NCBI RefSeq assembly: GCF_009914755.1 | Contig: NC_060945.1 | Origin: the human T2T-CHM13v2.0 reference genome, Homo sapiens | DNA length: 64,000 nucleotides | Strand: one strand, 5' to 3' | Part shown: in pieces, positions 60,530-64,000 of the stretch | Position numbering within the stretch: position 1 is the stretch's first letter | Layout: the number at the start of each line of letters is the position of its first letter | Notes under the pieces: model-generated | Told to the model about the DNA's origin: nothing | Database searches by the model: none | Seen by the model: the letters and a program-made list of their open reading frames with translations, nothing else | Translations under genes and position numbers: made by a program

Positions 60530-61221
60530 CTCATGTAGGATCAAATATAGTTTTAGAAATATTTTAGTCTTATTCTTAGAATGTAACAGGCCATGTATTT
60601 TGTGCATCCATCTATCTCGTGGTCCCTCTGACATCAAGATGACCTCTTCAAATGTCTTCTCCTTAAAAAGGCAACTGCCTCCCCGCGCCAGGAATTTCTT
60701 CCCAGGTTCACTGACTCAGTAGGTTTCTGTGAGTAACCTCACTTCGTAGTGTTAGGAAGGAACCCTGGGAACAGCGGATGCAGGGCATCTGGTAAGCTAA
60801 GGCCGCCAACAACCATTCATCCAGTATCAGCTCTGCACCAAGCAAGGGATTCATAATTAATAATCAAACCAAACAAGAAGAGAAACAAAGATTCCTAAAC
60901 ACCCTCAGAAAGGCCAAAATATTTTTCCCCTTTGTAAAAGTAAAAACTCTTAACCCTATGGGAGGTTCCACCTCTAGTGTTGGCAAGCTCAGCTTCAATG
61001 TCTGTCAAACACTTTTACAGACCCAAGTTTCCTAAGGCAGAGGTTTTTTTTTTTTTAAGTTTAATATCAAAAGTGAACTTCCTGATATCCAAGAATATTA
61101 AGGCAATATATTTATACAGGTTCTTTTTTCACCCAAAAACACAGGCTGGACAGCGTGTGGTGAAGCCCAGCCCTCTGCGGATGTGCGGGAGCCTCAGCCT
61201 GTCCGCACTCTCAGGGCGTGT

Positions 61222-61284
61222 GCTGCCCTCTTGGTGACGCGCTGCCCTCTTGGTGACGCGCTGCCCTCTTGGTGACACGCTGCC
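61222..61284. repeat. 19-bp tandem repeat, 3.3 copies (gctgccctcttggtgacRc)
   Basis: Units at 61222, 61241 and 61260, plus a partial unit at 61279. Confidence 0.95.
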
Positions 61285-62263
61285 TGGCCACGAGCTCCAG
61301 GACCACACTTCCAAGGTTCCCAGGTGGCAATGACACGAAATATTCTTCAGTATTCTCCACAGAAACAACAAAAATGGCCTGGAAGTACCCGTATTTTTCT
61401 ATCTGAACTTCACCTCCCCAAATCTTTTGTTCAATAACTTGTCTCATTTTTTTATTCAGAAAATGTAACTATCGCGAGTTACCCCTTCGATATAATGAAG
61501 TCTTCGCTTGAGTAACAAAGGATTATTACAGAGTTTGCAACAAGCAAGTGATGACTGTTCCATCTAAAAGAACAGGCTTTTTCCTTTTCTACTGGGAATC
61601 AATGGATGTCAGGGGTGAGGTGGAAACAGGAGAGTTAAGAAGCGCTGAAAAATGAAAGTACCTATGACATCACAAATTAACTCAGTACACAACAATTACT
61701 AATGAACACGGCTCACAGCTCCCCTCCCAGCCTGCCCCCATTGCTCTGATAATCCTCCCAAACAACTCTGCCAATGCCTCCTCTAATACAACACACATAC
61801 TAACACTGTCATTCTGATGACTCTAAGTGTGACAGTCAAGAAAATGCTAAAGTTGGCTCATCATTTTATATCCATATAGCATTAAATTCCAGAAACTATT
61901 ATCAAGAAAAAGGCCAAAATATTCCCATACATTGAATTATACATCTGTCTAATCATGTGGTCCCATGAGTGAAATGCCTAGAAACTATGAATCCAGTTAT
62001 TTTTGGAATATTTCACGCCTTAAATTTTAACACCGCACTGAGGGAAGGCACTTTTGTTATTCCCTCCCTCTATAACCAAATTTTTTAAACTAAAATAGTA
62101 TTAGTACTATTGGGGAGTTTTAAAAAATTCCTTTCATTTGTTTTCTATTTTTTTAATCTTTAATCAGAGTCTATGTAACAGAAGGAATCAAAAGGAAAAC
62201 CTGCAGTAAGAGTAAATTTCTAATATCCAAATGGGGTTATCAACTGCTTAAAAAAGGTATGGG

Positions 62264-62565
<302 letters not shown>

Positions 62566-63055
62566 AAATGTATTGGATAGCAATGTACCAAAAACACTTT
62601 TCAAAATACAAAGCTCTGACCTTTTTCAATTTACACAGCTTAGGTGTCATTCAAACTTCCTATTCAAATGCCCCTGAAAAACATCCTGTATTAAATGTCT
62701 AACACTGATTGTAACTGCACAAAAGAAGAATGATAACCTGAGCAATAATGCCACCGGTTAAACATCTTTTTTCATAATATTCGTTTATCAAAGAACATTC
62801 TGAGGGCCTGATTCAAAGAAGCAAGACACAAAGCACAACCACCTTCCATTCCCATAAAAAACAAACCTGTGATCAAAGAACTTCAATTTCCTTTCCCACG
62901 ATTTAACTCTTCTAGGACAAGAGTACTTCCACCTTGCTAATAGGTCTGGTCAAACGTATTCCTCTACAACTCTATCCCCTCCCCGTCTATTGGTAAGAGA
63001 GGATGATCAATGGAACAGGACTCCTCTGAGCAGATGCAGACCTGCTCACACCTTA

Positions 63056-64000
<945 letters not shown>

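Overview
This is human (or near-identical great-ape) genomic DNA from the HLCS (holocarboxylase synthetase) locus, 21q22.13, transcribed on the minus strand. The only supportable coding feature is one 272-nt internal HLCS exon (63057-63328, minus strand). Positions 1-63056 lie in the very large intron that follows it, before the exons for the biotin-ligase catalytic core. The intron is a typical primate repeat mosaic: about 30 Alu/FLAM copies, L1 fragments from young L1PA2-like to ancient L1M, MIR and L2, LTRs (MLT1, THE1D, MSTA, MER52, LTR22, LTR33-like), DNA-transposon MITEs (MER8, MER1B, MER20B-like) and a 5S rRNA pseudogene. I see no new gene, operon or CRISPR-like system, and almost all ORFs in the track are repeat-derived noise. 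The most interesting signals are: (1) a diverged 5S copy whose substitutions are compensatory in the 5S fold; (2) a ~320-bp local inverted templated duplication that predates an AluSc insertion; (3) a twin-primed L1PA2 whose inversion junction forms a ready-made terminal exon in HLCS orientation; (4) short tandem arrays that multiply CTCF-like and ETS/KLF motifs; (5) a minisatellite built from the MIR/L2 tail; (6) a sense-oriented LTR22 with an intact AATAAA. Repeat subfamily calls come from recalled consensus sequences, not from a search, and edges of old repeats are approximate.
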